Assembly: GCA_000934665.2 (NCBI GenBank) | Contig: JYFJ02004281.1 | Span: 1-33,352 of the forward strand | Direction: 5' to 3' | Source: Catajapyx aquilonaris | Lineage: Eukaryota | Length of the DNA: 33,352 bases | Shown here: positions 11,430 through 23,900 of the stretch, piece after piece | Layout of the letters: each line of letters starts with the position of its first letter | Numbering within the stretch: position 1 is the stretch's first letter | Notes under the pieces: model-generated | What the model saw: the letters and a program-made list of their open reading frames with translations, nothing else | What the model was told of the DNA's origin: nothing | Database searches by the model: none | Position numbers and translations under genes: made by a program

Positions 11430-14336
11430 TGAAGGCAGAAAGGCCTGACAAAGACAAAAAGCAACAAGACCTGCTGAAGCTTCAGGGAGAGTTCAGACAG
11501 TAACATCTTCCAAGTCTGCTATGAGAGGGTTGCCCGTGGGATGCTGCATGTCAATCGCCTTGCATTATTTACCATCCTTCTCTGCCACATACACCTCAAG
11601 GTGAGTGCAAGTGCAGTCTCTTATTCAGGACATGCACTGGCTCACTGTTGCAAATGTTTCTTGATGGTAGGGTAACCCATCTGTGGCATCATTTGAGGAG
11701 GAATTCCAGCAGTTCTTTAGAGGTTGTGAGGGAGTGGCAACACCTCTGGGGCCTGACCCATCCTCCTCTGATCTGGTGTCTGGGCTGAGCCAGGAGCAGC
11801 GTGATGACTCGCTTCGTTTCCCGCCTGCCGCAGAGATTGTCTGAATTCCCTGACTTTTCCAGATGGCTGCAGGCATCCAGCCCAGAGTCTGATGTTCCAG
11901 AGCCGTGGGAAGAACTAGCCTGCGACACATCCAAGGTGAGGCTGGCCATCATGCACTTGCTCATCGTCCAGGCCTTCAGACCAGCATAAAATTGTAGAAC
12001 TATTTCTAATTTTCACCATTAAATATCACGTGAAAGCCTCTCATTACAGTAATAAGTGTGTGAGGTCTAAATCAGAATTGATTGAAAGTATGCAACGGAA
12101 TGTAGTTGAACTATGATTGCACCGCTGCTCATTTTCATTGCAGTTTGATAGCAGCAGCAGAGAGGCTTGCAGCAGCTCTTGAACCAGAGTTCATGGCCGC
12201 AGCCAAGAGGGAGCCTGATATTCGACAGGTTGTGGACAAGGAGGTCACAGCTGCCACACCACTGCTGTTCTGCTCTGCACCTGGGTTTGATGTGTCAGCT
12301 CGTGTTGATGACCTTGCAGCTGAGCTGGGTCGACCCCTGGCCTCTATTGCTATTGGATCCAGCAGAGGACTTTGGGCCGGCAGATCGTGCCATCAACATG
12401 GCAGCCAAGGCTGAGCGATGGATTATGCTGAAGAATGAAATGAATGTGAACCTGGCCCCTCAGTGGCTGCTTCAGCTGGAGAAGAAGCTTCACTCCCTCC
12501 AGCCACACTCCTCCTTCAGACTCTTCCTCACAATGGAGAATACACTAAAGGTTCCTGCCAACCTGCTGAGATATGGGCGTGTCTTTGTCTTTGAGCCTCC
12601 GCCTGGCATCAAGGCCAGCCTGCTGTGAACATTCAGCACTGTGCCTGCCTCTAGGATGATGCACCCACCATTGGAACTTGCCCGGCTCTACTTCCTGGTT
12701 ACTTGGTTCCATGCTGTGGTGCAAGAACGTCTCAGGTATGTTGCCACCTTGAAAAACTGACAATTATTTTCTTCTCATTATGGTAAATTAAACAATATAT
12801 TTCTTTGCTCTTTTTGTGACCAGTTGAAGGTCTGAAAAGGTGTTTATTGAACAAGTTTGTCCATTGGGTTGGGCCAAGAGGTACGAGTTTGGAGAGTCAA
12901 ATCTGTGTGGCCTGCGCTACCCTGGACACCTGGGTGGACCAGCAGGTGGCGATGGGAAGGGCCAACTTGCTCCCAGACAAGGTCCCATGGGAGGCTGGTT
13001 GCACCCTGCTGGCAGAGTGCATTTATGGTGGGAATATTGAGAATGCCTCTGACCAATGACTTCTCAGAAGTTTCCTGGACAAGATGTTTACTGCCGAGCT
13101 TTTGATTCTGACTTTGCACTGGTGGCCAGCGTGGATGGTGGTACTGCAGGTGGATGCCACATTCTCATGCTGGAAGGTGTGAGATGAGACCAGTTCCTCC
13201 ACTGGGTTCAGGCCCTCTCCTATCACCAGACCCCGTCCTGGTTGGATCTGCCCAACAATGCAGAGAAGGTGTTGCTGACCAACTGGGGCACAGACCTGAT
13301 TGTCAAGCTGTTAAAGATGCAAATGTTGGAGGATGATGACGAAGGTGTTCCAACCATGCCTGTAGCTGCTTCACTCTCCCTGACTGGCCATGAAGAGGCA
13401 GGGCTCTCCAGCCTGGGTGCTTCTGATGGCAGGCCACTTTGGATGAGAGTGCTGCACATCTTGGCACAGACCTGGCTTGGCTTGAAATGCTGCCCTTGTC
13501 ATGGCAGGTAAGGTCTCTCTCTATGTGGTGGCCTAGATGACCTGCCTGTACCTGTGCTTGATGGGTACCATTTCTCATTTCCAGACCCTGCTACACACTG
13601 CACTGTTGAGAACATAAAGGACCTTCTGTACCGTACTGTGAGCGTGGGGTGACTTCCTGCTCGTCTGTCCGAGGTGCGACATGACCTGGAGGACTTGGTG
13701 CTGATCTGACTTGGGGAGAAGAAGCAGACCAGTCATCACCGTGGGATGGTGGGCCAGCTGGTCGAGGGGATCTTGACCCTGGGGTGACGCAGGTACACTG
13801 TCACCAGGGTGCACTGCAATGCAGTGGGTCACTGACTTTGCAACCAGGGTCAGGCAGCTGGAGGGATGTTCTAAGCGGTGGCAAAAGCGGGAGGTGCTGC
13901 ATGGCTGAGAGTCTGGCTTGGAGGGCTGTTCAATCCAGAGGCACACGTCACACGGCAGTGCGTGGCCCAGGCGAATGGGTGGCCGCTTGAGGAGCTGGCT
14001 GTGGAGGTGAGCATGTGTGAGGAAGAGCTGCAGGGCAGCAGATGGACAGCTGCAGCTTTGGGGTGTAAGGGCAGGGAGCAGTGTGCAGGAACATCCAGCT
14101 TCACCTGACCTCCACCATAATGACTGAGCTTGGCCTGACCTGGCTGCGTTGTTTCAGGGCCTGCCCAAGTCAAACCTGAGCAAGGGCACAATCACCGCCT
14201 TTCCCTTCGATATTAAATTTTTGGTGTAGCACAAGATATCACGCCTTTTATTACATCCATTTTTTAAATGGCATTCTATCATTCCAATTACTCGTCATTG
14301 TTGTCTGACCAGACATGGGCTACTAACGAACTAACC

Positions 14337-15580
14337 CAGGGCCCTGCAGAGCTTATTTGAGGCCCGGGGCAGGAGTCAAATTAGAGGCCCCTCACACAAC
14401 AACATTAAAATACGCTAACGGGAACCATTGACGTTTGACGTTGACATCACAAAAGCATACGACATACCGGTATGTCTTATGTTTACACTGTTGGCAAGAA
14501 TACCATCCAAAGGAAATGAGAAACTCTAATTCGAATCAACTCTGCTTGCATTTTCACGTGTACAGACGCATAAAAAGTTATATAGCCTACACTCGAAAGT
14601 CGAAACAAAAACCCAGCAGGTCCGATTATAATTATATAAGATAAAGATAGCATGGTAGCTCAGATAACCAGTTTATATTGAGACATCTCCAACACAGTAT
14701 GATATATTTTTTACATCAGTCAGTCTAAAATGCCTTCTTTCTTGATTTCTGTTCAGCAAAAAAATCTATAATGTCACTGTGGTCAATATTATTGAAGATT
14801 GAACGCTCAAGGCTGAGAACAAGAAGATCATTCAGGCGTCCATCACCCATGGTTGACCGAAGTGAGTTCTTGACGAGAGCCATCTTGCTGAAACTACGTT
14901 CACACGATGCAACACTCACGGGAGTAGACAGAAAAATCCGAAGGGCAACGCATAACTGCGGCATGATGCCTTCCAATTTTTTTGCATAAATCGTGTTCAG
15001 CAATGCAAGTGGTGCTGCTGTGTTCAGACTCTCAATTGACCGACGAGGACGCTATGCAGGCCCTGATTTTACTTAGCCTTGCAGTGCATAGTTAACGGAC
15101 AGGCCTGGGAAGAACGGATGGTTAAACGGATGGACCAACGGGGCCGTGATCCAGCCATAAATGACCACAATTGGGCCAACAGGGCCCAGGTCCCCGACCG
15201 AAACAGGGGGCCCCAAATTGGCGAATTTGTATTGGATTTTTTTTTATATAAACATTTAAAAGCCAGTATTGAATTGTAGGGCCCAGAGCATCAATCCCAA
15301 GAGGGGCCCCAAATTGGCTAATTATTATTGCCAAAATTTGGTAATTAAGTCAATATTGAAAAAGGGCCTCCAGAAGTGATTGGCCTAAAGTCCCCTAATG
15401 TGTTAAGATGTTAAAATTGAAATTGGGTGTTTTGCCAAGTAGTTTCTGTTGGCTGGTAGGATAAGTCCTGCCAGGTGGCCCCTGGCGGGGCCCCCTGGCA
15501 GGACTTATCCCTCCGAGGCCCGGGGCAAGTGTACCCAGCTGCCCCCCCCCCCCCCCCCCNCCCCCCCTTGCAGGGCCCTG
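14337..15580 (-). mobile_element. hAT transposon, internal-deletion derivative (1244 bp)
   Basis: 12-bp TIR cagggccctgca. Perfect 8-bp TSD aactaacc (14329-14336 / 15581-15588). gggccc/ggcccc subterminal motifs. Confidence 0.93.
14725..15050 (-). pseudogene. hAT transposase C-terminal dimerisation-domain remnant
   Basis: ALRIFLSTPVSVASCERSFSKMALVKNSLRSTMGDGRLNDL is the hATC signature. Confidence 0.9.
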
Positions 15581-16130
15581 AACTAACCATTCCTGAACCA
15601 TTCAGTTGTCCAGTTCCTGATAATAAGCTGCTGTTGCTGTAGCTGCTACCAGGATTGGTGGATTATAGCAGCTGCGTGTTATCCGGCAGGTGGGGACACC
15701 TTTCTTTCTTTAGTTCTTTCCACGGTTCGTTCTTTCTTTCTTTGTGCCTGCCAGCCTCCTTTCCGTGCGCAGTCTTCTCGAGATCTTTTGATTCTTGTTC
15801 TGGACTCTCCTTACTGGTAAGTATGTGCTGCATCACCCCTGCCCACTGCTGTCGGCCCTGCTGTCTCTTGGGGCAGCAAGTCACACATAACCTGCTGGTT
15901 GCCACACATAATTTCATTGCCCATTTCATAGACTAAACCGTGTGCCATTTCTTGGGCTTCATTTGCTCACTGGAAAGGCTGTTGTGCTGTGTAAGAAATC
16001 GTGCTTGCCTGCTTACACAGCTGAAAATGTTGGTGCATGGGGTGCGCATAACAAATGGAACCATGTACTTGCGCCAAACCTACGCTACGGTCGAGATCTG
16101 TTGTTATCAGTGGTGCCAACTCCGTGGATG

Positions 16131-16281
16131 CAAGGGGTTGACCACTTCAGTACTCCGGTGTACACTTGCAGGGGTACTCCCAGGTACTCCTTAGGTACCT
16201 TACTCTTTGGTACTCCTTGGTACTCGTTGAATTTTGGTACTCCATTGTATACTTTACAGTCATCTAGTGGTTAACCCCTTG
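16131..16281. mobile_element. 151-bp MITE with 8-bp TSD (P- or hAT-type ends)
   Basis: TIR caaggggttgaccact / agtggttaaccccttg. TSD cgtggatg / catggatg (7/8). Internal tandem ggtactcc motifs. Confidence 0.75.
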
Positions 16282-16455
16282 CATGGATGCTTATACGAGT
16301 ACAAGGGCAAATCAATAAGTAACACCCAAGATTTTTTTTTTCCAGCCAGGTTTAATCCCAATAACAAATGTTTTATAGGTGACAGCAAGGGACAATCTTT
16401 GGCTATTTTTCAACATATGAATTGTTTCTGTTGATGCATTGGTCCCATTGGTTAA

Positions 16456-16734
16456 CCCTGGAACCGTTCCATGGGGTCTTTTTGGACCCCAAGGAATTAA
16501 AATGGATTAAAATAATTACAATGAACTTCTGCCATTTTTTTACAGTATATAACGGGAAGTGCATGTTTATTTTGAATTAGCGATCATTTTAAGGATTGTT
16601 CAAAGAATAATTGCATATAGTCAATACATTGAAAAGTATTATATAAAAATTAATAAAAATTAAAATATGGATGGGGTCCGAGAAGACCCCAAGGCACGGT
16701 TGCCATAACTTTCAGGCACGGCATGGTTCCAGGG
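16456..16734. mobile_element. piggyBac-like MITE (279 bp)
   Basis: TTAA at 16452-16455 and 16735-16738. TIR ccctggaacc/ggttccaggg. ggggtc...gacccc subterminal palindromes at both ends. Confidence 0.85.
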
Positions 16735-17579
16735 TTAAAGATGCCACATTTTTAGAGCTCCTTTTTTTAAGACCTTTTTTTCAAGTCGCTTTGCATAAGC
16801 TCCGAATTTTAAAATACCAACACCACCAAAATACGGTACCTAATAGAAGAAATACCAATACTGGCGCATATAACAAAATAATGCATACCCCTTTGAATGA
16901 TTTGTGAATGTGTTGGAAAAAAATTATATAATTTGGGGTTCATTTGCAGGAGAAAAATGCATATTTAACTGGAGGAGATATTGTTATCAGTCAAACTTAG
17001 GGCATGAGAGAAAGAGGACGTGTAGTTATATTCTGGTTTATTCATTCTTACATGATATCAAGTTGGTAAGTATTTTATACTGTATACTGTAGTATGATAT
17101 AAATGATAAGGAAATTTTTGTTTTTTAAGTACGGGTGACGGCAATGTATGCATGGTACAGTCACAGAAGGGGAAACTGAAACTGGAGGTGAATGGATTTT
17201 TATTTGTGAAGGAGAGAAGCCGTAATTATGTGTGTTGGAGTTCCAATCAAAAAAAGACAGGATTGAAATCTGCATCAACTGCTCAAACTGTTAGTGGATG
17301 GTAAGCATAATTTGCGAGGTACAAATCGAGATCATAGTCATAGTCCAGATCCTACTCGTGGAATGGTAGCTGAGAAGTTGGAGGAAATGAAGGAAAAGGC
17401 GAAGACGAGTAATGATAAATCTTCTCGTGTAGTCCAGAGGACTGGGGTTACTATGTCTACCATTAGTGCTGTGGCAATGCCTGGTAAGGAAGCCATGAGA
17501 AAACAGGTGCAAAGGGCAAGGAGAGAAGAAAAGGTTGTGGAGCCAATGAGTTTTGAAGAAATTAATATTCCTGATCTGA

Positions 17580-18663
17580 CAAGGGACATTTCCCGGGTGA
17601 TAATGACGGATATTGATGAAACTTAACATGCTAATAGAGGACAATACATGATAACCAAAAATGAAATATTTCGGGCTGAGACCCATATTTGCAAAATTTA
17701 TGACATCTTAAAGTGCCAAAAATAATAGATTTTCAAACACAATGGGATTACATTAGCGACCACATATAATGACATTGAAGTGTGTAAACAGTTTTTAGAT
17801 TTTTTCTCATCAGAAAAAAGTATTATAGAATGGGTCTGTCTGTCCGTCTGTGGACAGGTATCAAGGCCTGAACCATAAGAGATAGCGATGAACAGTTTCA
17901 TATTTGGATTAAGCGTGACCAAAATGGGTCTCATGGTCAACTTCCAGGGACCTGCCACTTCTGGTTTTCCAGGTTCACTCTATCCACACAACGTCTGCCG
18001 GCGATCAAAACCTCGTAACTCCTCAAGACCAAATTTTACAGGAGGGTCAAAAAACATTTTGTAAAATCATATTTTCTGTTCATGCTGACAATTATTCCTA
18101 CAGTATAGCATAACATAAACCTTACCTTTCATGAGGATGATGTTGAATTCATGTACACCGTTGCAAAGTTGTGCAAAGGGACTTACGAGGTACGTAAGTT
18201 CATTTTCGCGCAAAATGGAGTTACGAGGTTTTGAACACTGGCCGACGACAAGTCTACTTTACAGACGGTTTATTGTTGGAAAACCGGAAATGGCGGGTCA
18301 CCGGAAGTTGACCATGAAACTTATTTTGGTCACTCTTAATCCGAATATGAAAACCGTTTGTTGCTATCTCTTATGGTTTAGGCCTTGATACCTGTCCACA
18401 GATGGATGGACAGAGCCATTGACTTTTTTCTGATCAGAAAAAAATCTAAAACCTGTTTACACACTTCAATGTCATTATATGTGGTCGCTAATGTAATCCC
18501 ATTTTGTATAAAAATGTATTTTTTTGGCACTTTTAAGACGTCATAACTTCTGCAAATATGGGCTCAGCTCGAAATATTTCATTTTTGGTTATCATATATT
18601 GTCCTCTATTAGCATGTTATGTTTCATCAAGATGCGTCATTATCACCCGGGAAATGTCCCTTG
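17580..18663. mobile_element. Foldback-type non-autonomous DNA element with inverted arms of about 440 bp
   Basis: 17580-~18022 is the inverse of ~18217-18663. Termini CAAGGG...CCCTTG. 3-bp TSD TGA (17577-17579 / 18664-18666); removal restores the MULE frame P-D-L-S-I-T-F. Confidence 0.85.
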
Positions 18664-18734
18664 TGAGCATTACATTTGATGGCGAACAATTTCTTATCCA
18701 GGAAGCAGATGTTGGTGAAGATAAGATATTAATA

Positions 18735-20408
18735 CTTGCCCAACACCAATGAAGTTCGCCTAGCACGAAAATCACCTGCAAGTCGATGTTACAAATACGT
18801 ATTACTTGAGAATGAATCACGTTTTAATCACACAACTTATATACTAATGAGCCACATGGAAGAGCAATGTTGGGGCGAGATATCAATGCATTTGTCAGTG
18901 GAACAAGACGAATAGGATAGTATTTATTTAGCTCGACGGAGGCAATGGAGTTCGCCCAGAGCGCTAAACGCACCACAAAGTTCGCCTAGAAGCAGGTGAC
19001 ATCGCCATGGGCAGCAATGACAGCCTCCACACAACACGACCTCTGTTGAATGAGCTCTGGCACTCGGCTAGAGTGATGGTGTCCTGAACCGCCCGTCTAG
19101 TTTGGCCCTCAAGGGATGCCTTGGTGCAAGGATGTTTCCTCTGAAGTACCTTCTTCATGATTTTCCAGTTTGTCTCAATCGGATTGAGGTCCAGGCTGCT
19201 CCATGGCTACGTAGAATGCCAATCCCCTTGTCTGCTTCCGCTGTTTTGGCAAGATGCAAAGTCCTGTTGAAATACTACATTGACATCCTGATGTAAGGTT
19301 GCTATTGAGAGCACACACAGCGGATGGTCTCTCAAAATCTCCTGAAACATGGCTGTATAGATGGTGCCACTGATGCCGTGAAAGTTGCCAAGGCCGACAC
19401 TACCCATGCATCCCCACACCATAATCCTGTGTGCATGTTGGACGGTTCTAGTGAGACATTGGGATGGCACGCCTCTTCTTTGTTTGCAGTACTCGATTAT
19501 GGATGTCCCTGTACTGACTAATTCATCCTGAAACTTGACTAATCCCACATCTAATGTGCCCAATGCTTCCATTCCTTCTCCCAAGCAAGTCTTTTTCCTG
19601 TTCCAGTGCCATCAAGAGTGGTTTCTTCTTGCCCTATTGTCAAGAGGGCAGGTCCTGATTTCATGAATTCCCCGTTAGTCTTTGAGAAGTTACGCATAAA
19701 AGTTCATCTTCATGTCACGGATGCAGAGTCGACAGGTTGTTGTGGGGACCACCTTTTGGGTCACCTCTGACCATTTTGAAAATGATGGTCGCTGCTCCTT
19801 TCACTGATATTGCGACACATTTTTCTCATCTCTCGGTTTTTCCTTGCTGCTGTTGCCTGGTGACGTCCATAATAAGGTTTTTCTGGATGGTTCTTGTAGT
19901 TTTGTTACTTCATGCGATGCCCCGTACCATGGAGTATGGCACATGCCCTTCTTGTCCAACCACATATGCAGACTTTCCTTCTTCAGAGCTCTTCCATATC
20001 ACCTTGCATACATCTGGAGGAATGGGCTTACCACCTCCCGTGATTGTTATTTTCAGACGCAGAGTGCAATGAGTAATGGCACTGTGGCGCAGGGCAAGAG
20101 ACCTGCACCTTTTTTACCATCTGGCACAACCGCATCAGTCTGTATTTAACAGTGGGCGAACTTTGTGGCGCGTTTAGCGCTCTGGGCGAACTCCATTGCC
20201 TCCATCGCGCTAAATAAATACTCTCCTATTCGTCTTGTTCCACTGACAAATGCATTGATATCTCGCCCCAACATTGCTCTTCCATGTGGCTCATTAGCAT
20301 ATAAGTTGTGTGATTAAAACATAATATTCTTTCTCAAGTAATACGTATTTGTAACATCGACATGCAGGTGATTTTCGTGCTGGGCGAACTTCATTGGTGT
20401 TGGGCAAG
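18735..20408 (-). mobile_element. Tc1-like element of IR/DR type with degenerate transposase (about 19000-20040, minus strand)
   Basis: TA at 18733-18734 and 20409-20410. TIRs of about 250 bp starting cttgcccaacaccaatgaagttcgcc, with an internal direct-repeat copy. Motifs IMVWGCM, VVFQQD and LDLNPIETNW. Confidence 0.9.
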
Positions 20409-20412
20409 TATA

Positions 20413-21215
20413 CCTAGTCTTGCCATAAGTTCTGTCACTTCTGTCCCATACTAAAAGGTGCCTATATCTTTGTTGAAACGTAAAACATTATGTAATATTT
20501 ATATGGGTTATATTCTTAGGGGGAGTATAATACAAAAAAAATGACATTGCTCAAGATGTTCAGTCTTTGCTCTTACATACTTATTAAAAACGGTCTGGCG
20601 ACTCATCCATCGCGGCACGCATCACATCCATGGGTTTCGAAGCTGATATCTTGACCAGATTCACTTTCAGAGGCTCAATGTTCCTGTGAGAATTAGAGCA
20701 AGAACTCTCCAATATGGTCCACAGTAGCTAATCCAAAGAGTTCAGATTGCGGCTTCCTGAAGGCCAATCTCCAATAGAACCCTAGTAAATTCGACTGCAG
20801 CCAACATTGCATGGTCTTGTCTTTGTGTGCTGGTGCTGAGTCCTGCTGGTAGACCCAATGACATCCAGCACACAAAGTATGATTCAAGGTATGATTAAGT
20901 GGCTCACTACCCTCTCTAAGATGTCACTTTGGTCATTCGGTACTGCAGTTTTCACTCCTTTTTTGCAAAAATGCGGTACTATGGTTACTTCGTGGGACAC
21001 TCCCCAACAAACCATTACCGATGGTGATTGATGATCTTTCTCCACCTTGGGATTTTCTTGGGCTTTTCGGGAGCTGTGCACATACACACAATCACTTTGG
21101 CAGTTCACCTTTTCCTCTACCATAAACATTTTCTCGTTTCTAAACGGAATTTTTCCATGTCCCCATTTTGCGTGCTGCTCCAACAACCGTTTTGATCTCA
21201 TTGCTCCGATAGTAG
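20413..21215 (-). mobile_element. maT/Bmmar1-like (DD37D-type) element, 5' part deleted
   Basis: TIR cctagtcttgccataagttctgtcac after TA 20411-20412. Remnants RSKRLLEQHAK, SVMVCWGVS, FCKKGVKT and YQQDSAPAHK. Second TA at 21216-21217. Confidence 0.8.
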
Positions 21216-22128
21216 TATACTACATACTACTCTAATGTACGGAAGCTGAGCATGGCCAAATATTGGATAATGGATGGTACATTTAAAATGGTACCGACTA
21301 TTTTTAAGCACCTGTATTCTATTCATGTAGCAGTGGGATCGAAATCGAATTCGCGCGTTCTTCCGCTGGTGTTTTGTTTGATAACAGCGAAATCGAAAGA
21401 GTGTTATGGAAGACTTTCAAGAGTTAAATGATTTTGCATTGGAAAATGAATTGGAACTGAACCCAGAAGTTATTGTATCCGATTTCGAGATGGGTGCGAT
21501 GTTGGCCATTAATATCAGCAGGAATATCACAGGAGTCAAAGTCAAGGTTGTTTGTTTCAATTGGGCCAAAATATTTGGCGTGAGGTTCAAGGGGAAGGGT
21601 TGCAACAGAAGTATGGGTGTGACGAAGAGTTTTGTCTGCTAGTGCAACAGTTAGTTGCCCTTGCATATTTACCTGATATTCCGAAAGCTTTTGTAGAATT
21701 GAAGCAAAAGTTTCCTGGAGAAGCGAATGATTTACTCAAATATTTTGAAGAGACATACGGTATGTTATTGGTAGGCCAAGAAGAAAGCATAGTAATGGTT
21801 CGGAGAATAGGTCAACACCATCTTTTCCTCCCAAGTGTTTGGAGCGTGTACGGAAATGGAAACATACCTTGTACATCTAAGAAGGTGGAGGCTTGGCATC
21901 GGCGCTGGGAAGTTTTATTAGCAGGTGCTCATGTGGGACTGTACTACTTTATCAAGGAACTTCCAAAAGAACAGAAGAGTGTTTCAAATGAAATGGAACC
22001 AATAAGGAAAGGGGAACCACGGCTGAAGGCAGAGCTTCAGGATGTTAAGAGGGAGAGATCTATTAATAATGTAATGGCCAATCAGAAAGATGTATTTGTT
22101 GTAGAATTTTTGAGAGCGATGGCTTATA

Positions 22129-22804
22129 CAGGGTGTCCCACAAATTACGCTACCCAGAATTACTTCCATAACATCAACACAAATGAAGATATTGCAACGA
22201 AATTTGAACTGAACTAACCTTGTCATGTGTGATTTGAAATGGCATCACAACATGTGTTGGAAATGGCCACCATTAGCGGCCAGGCAGGTCGCAACACGGC
22301 GCGACATATTTTGGAATGTTCTGGCCAGCATATCCTGCGATACTGCCTGAATTTCCTGGACGATGTTGTTCTTCAAGGCCTGGATGAACCATGGATTGTT
22401 GCGGTACACTCTTCCTTTCAGAAAGTCCCATAAGAAGTAATCAGGTGGCGTAAGATCGGGCGACCGCGGTGACCACAGTCCTTTCGAAATGACTCGGTCG
22501 CTGAAGAAGGTCTTTATTTTGGCCATGCTGACATGTGATGTGTGGCATGTCGCCCCATCCTGTTGACAGGTTTGGGCCACGTTTGGATCAGGAAGCAAGG
22601 ACATCCGCCGCGCGCCACTGCTCAGGTGTCGTCTGGCCAATTTGTCGCTCCAGCATCAGTGTTACAGCATCCACATTTGACAGACCCATTCCAATTCCTT
22701 TCTCATGTGTTGAGGTTGTTTGAGTTCAAATTCCGTTGCAATATCTTCATTTGTGTTACAGTTATTAATGTAATTCTGGGTAGCGTAATTTGTGGGACAC
22801 CCTG
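22129..22804 (-). mobile_element. rosa/DD41D-related mariner deletion derivative (676 bp)
   Basis: TA at 22127-22128 and 22805-22806. TIRs of about 88 bp starting cagggtgtcccacaaattacgctacccagaattac. Remnant QQDGATCH...WSPRSPDLTPPDYFLW...NGGHFQHML. Confidence 0.9.
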
Positions 22805-22878
22805 TAATATGCACCTGTGAAAATGTTAAAGTAAAGGATTAAAGACTGTTTGAAAGGAAAGGAGTTTATTATGTAGGG

Positions 22879-23174
22879 CGACACCGAAGCAGTGTTAGCG
22901 GAGGGGATATGGTATCCGACTGCTAATCGGGAGGTCCTGGGTTCGAATCCCGGTGGCCGCCGACCCTGACCGGGGTTTTCTGTGGTTTCCCATGGTCTCA
23001 CCAGGAAAATTCCGGTGTCATGTCCGTAATTATAGGCCACAGCCGCTTCCTTCCGTCCCTATCCCATCCCCATATACGAGAAGTAAAAACGAAAGCAAGA
23101 GTTCCAGATAAAAAAATATCGTGGTATCTCACCCCCCTAAGAGGGCCCATTATGGCTCTAGCACGGGGTACAAA
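22879..23174 (+). mobile_element. tRNA-derived SINE
   Basis: B-box ggttcgaatccc. 13-bp TSD ttattatgtaggg (22866-22878 / 23175-23187). 3' tail ccccctaagagggc...cacggggta shared with the 5667 and 2524 SINEs. Confidence 0.85.
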
Positions 23175-23900
23175 TTATTATGTAGGGGGAAATACGGGCG
23201 AAGGTAGAAGTGGAGGATGGAGAAAGGACTCGGTACCATACATATTAGTAGTGTTATTTTTGTTGTGTAGGGATTTAGAGAGGTTTTTTTTTTTTTTGGT
23301 GGTGGTGGTAGTGGTATTTTGATTGAAATGTATTTTGGGGTAGAGGGTAGTTAGGATTGTAGTTAAGTCAGTGTAGGAATTTTTTCTTATAGGTGTCGGT
23401 ATTGATTGGAGTAGGTATTTTGGTGGTGTTGGTATGTTTTCAAATTGGTATTTTGGACGGTGTCAGTATTTTTACAATTAGGTATTTCTGCAGTGTCATT
23501 ATTTTTCAGATTAGGTATTTTGGCGGTGTTGGTATTTTTTTCGATTAGGTATTTCGGTGGTCGGTACTTTGGGATGTCGGGATTATGGGTTTTGGTATTA
23601 TGTACCAGATCCCTTGTGCAAGATCGTGATCGAACTGGAATAAAATAACTAAAATATCTTTGAACTGTGCATTAGATGAATGCCTTTTTTCAACAGACTA
23701 TCCCTTCCTTTATGACTTCTTTGCAGGCGATGGTAGCAACAGGTCTCCAGAGCAGATAAATTGGCAAGAGAAGACCCACTGTGCCGTGTTTCCCTCTGAA
23801 GATCGTTTTGCCCTCTCATTTCATTGAACACATCACCCTAGTTTCATGCCACATCCCCCACCGTCCTTTCGCATCTGTCACCTCTAAACAGTTCAGGATT

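Larger units (their letters stand above)
17130..22820 (+). pseudogene. MULE transposase (FLYWCH-like + DDE) in pieces: ~17130-17579, 18667-18734, 21216-22128, 22807-22820
   Basis: SQKGKLKLEVNGFLFVK...HSHSPD (FLYWCH-like), WIMDGTFK...HLYSIH, VIVSDFE, GCLFQLGQNIWR (CxxH site, here H>Q), VEAWHRRW. The frame rejoins across each insertion. Confidence 0.88.
16800..23613 (+). mobile_element. Mutator-like element (MULE) with five nested insertions; left end truncated
   Basis: aaaataccaacaccaccaaaata at about 16810 is the inverse of the tandem taggtattttggcggtgttggtattt repeats at 23390-23580. Right terminus ...gtaccagatccc. Transposase fragments lie between. Confidence 0.8.

Noticed and set aside
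15590..16120. Minus-strand ORF 15663-15929, rich in Lys/Glu
   Set aside because: Short, with no motif or convincing splice structure; cannot be supported as a gene.
23390..23600. Regularly spaced repeats of about 30 bp resembling a CRISPR array (also 4440-4610)
   Set aside because: Degenerate tandem subterminal repeats of DNA transposons; no unique spacers, no cas genes, eukaryotic context.
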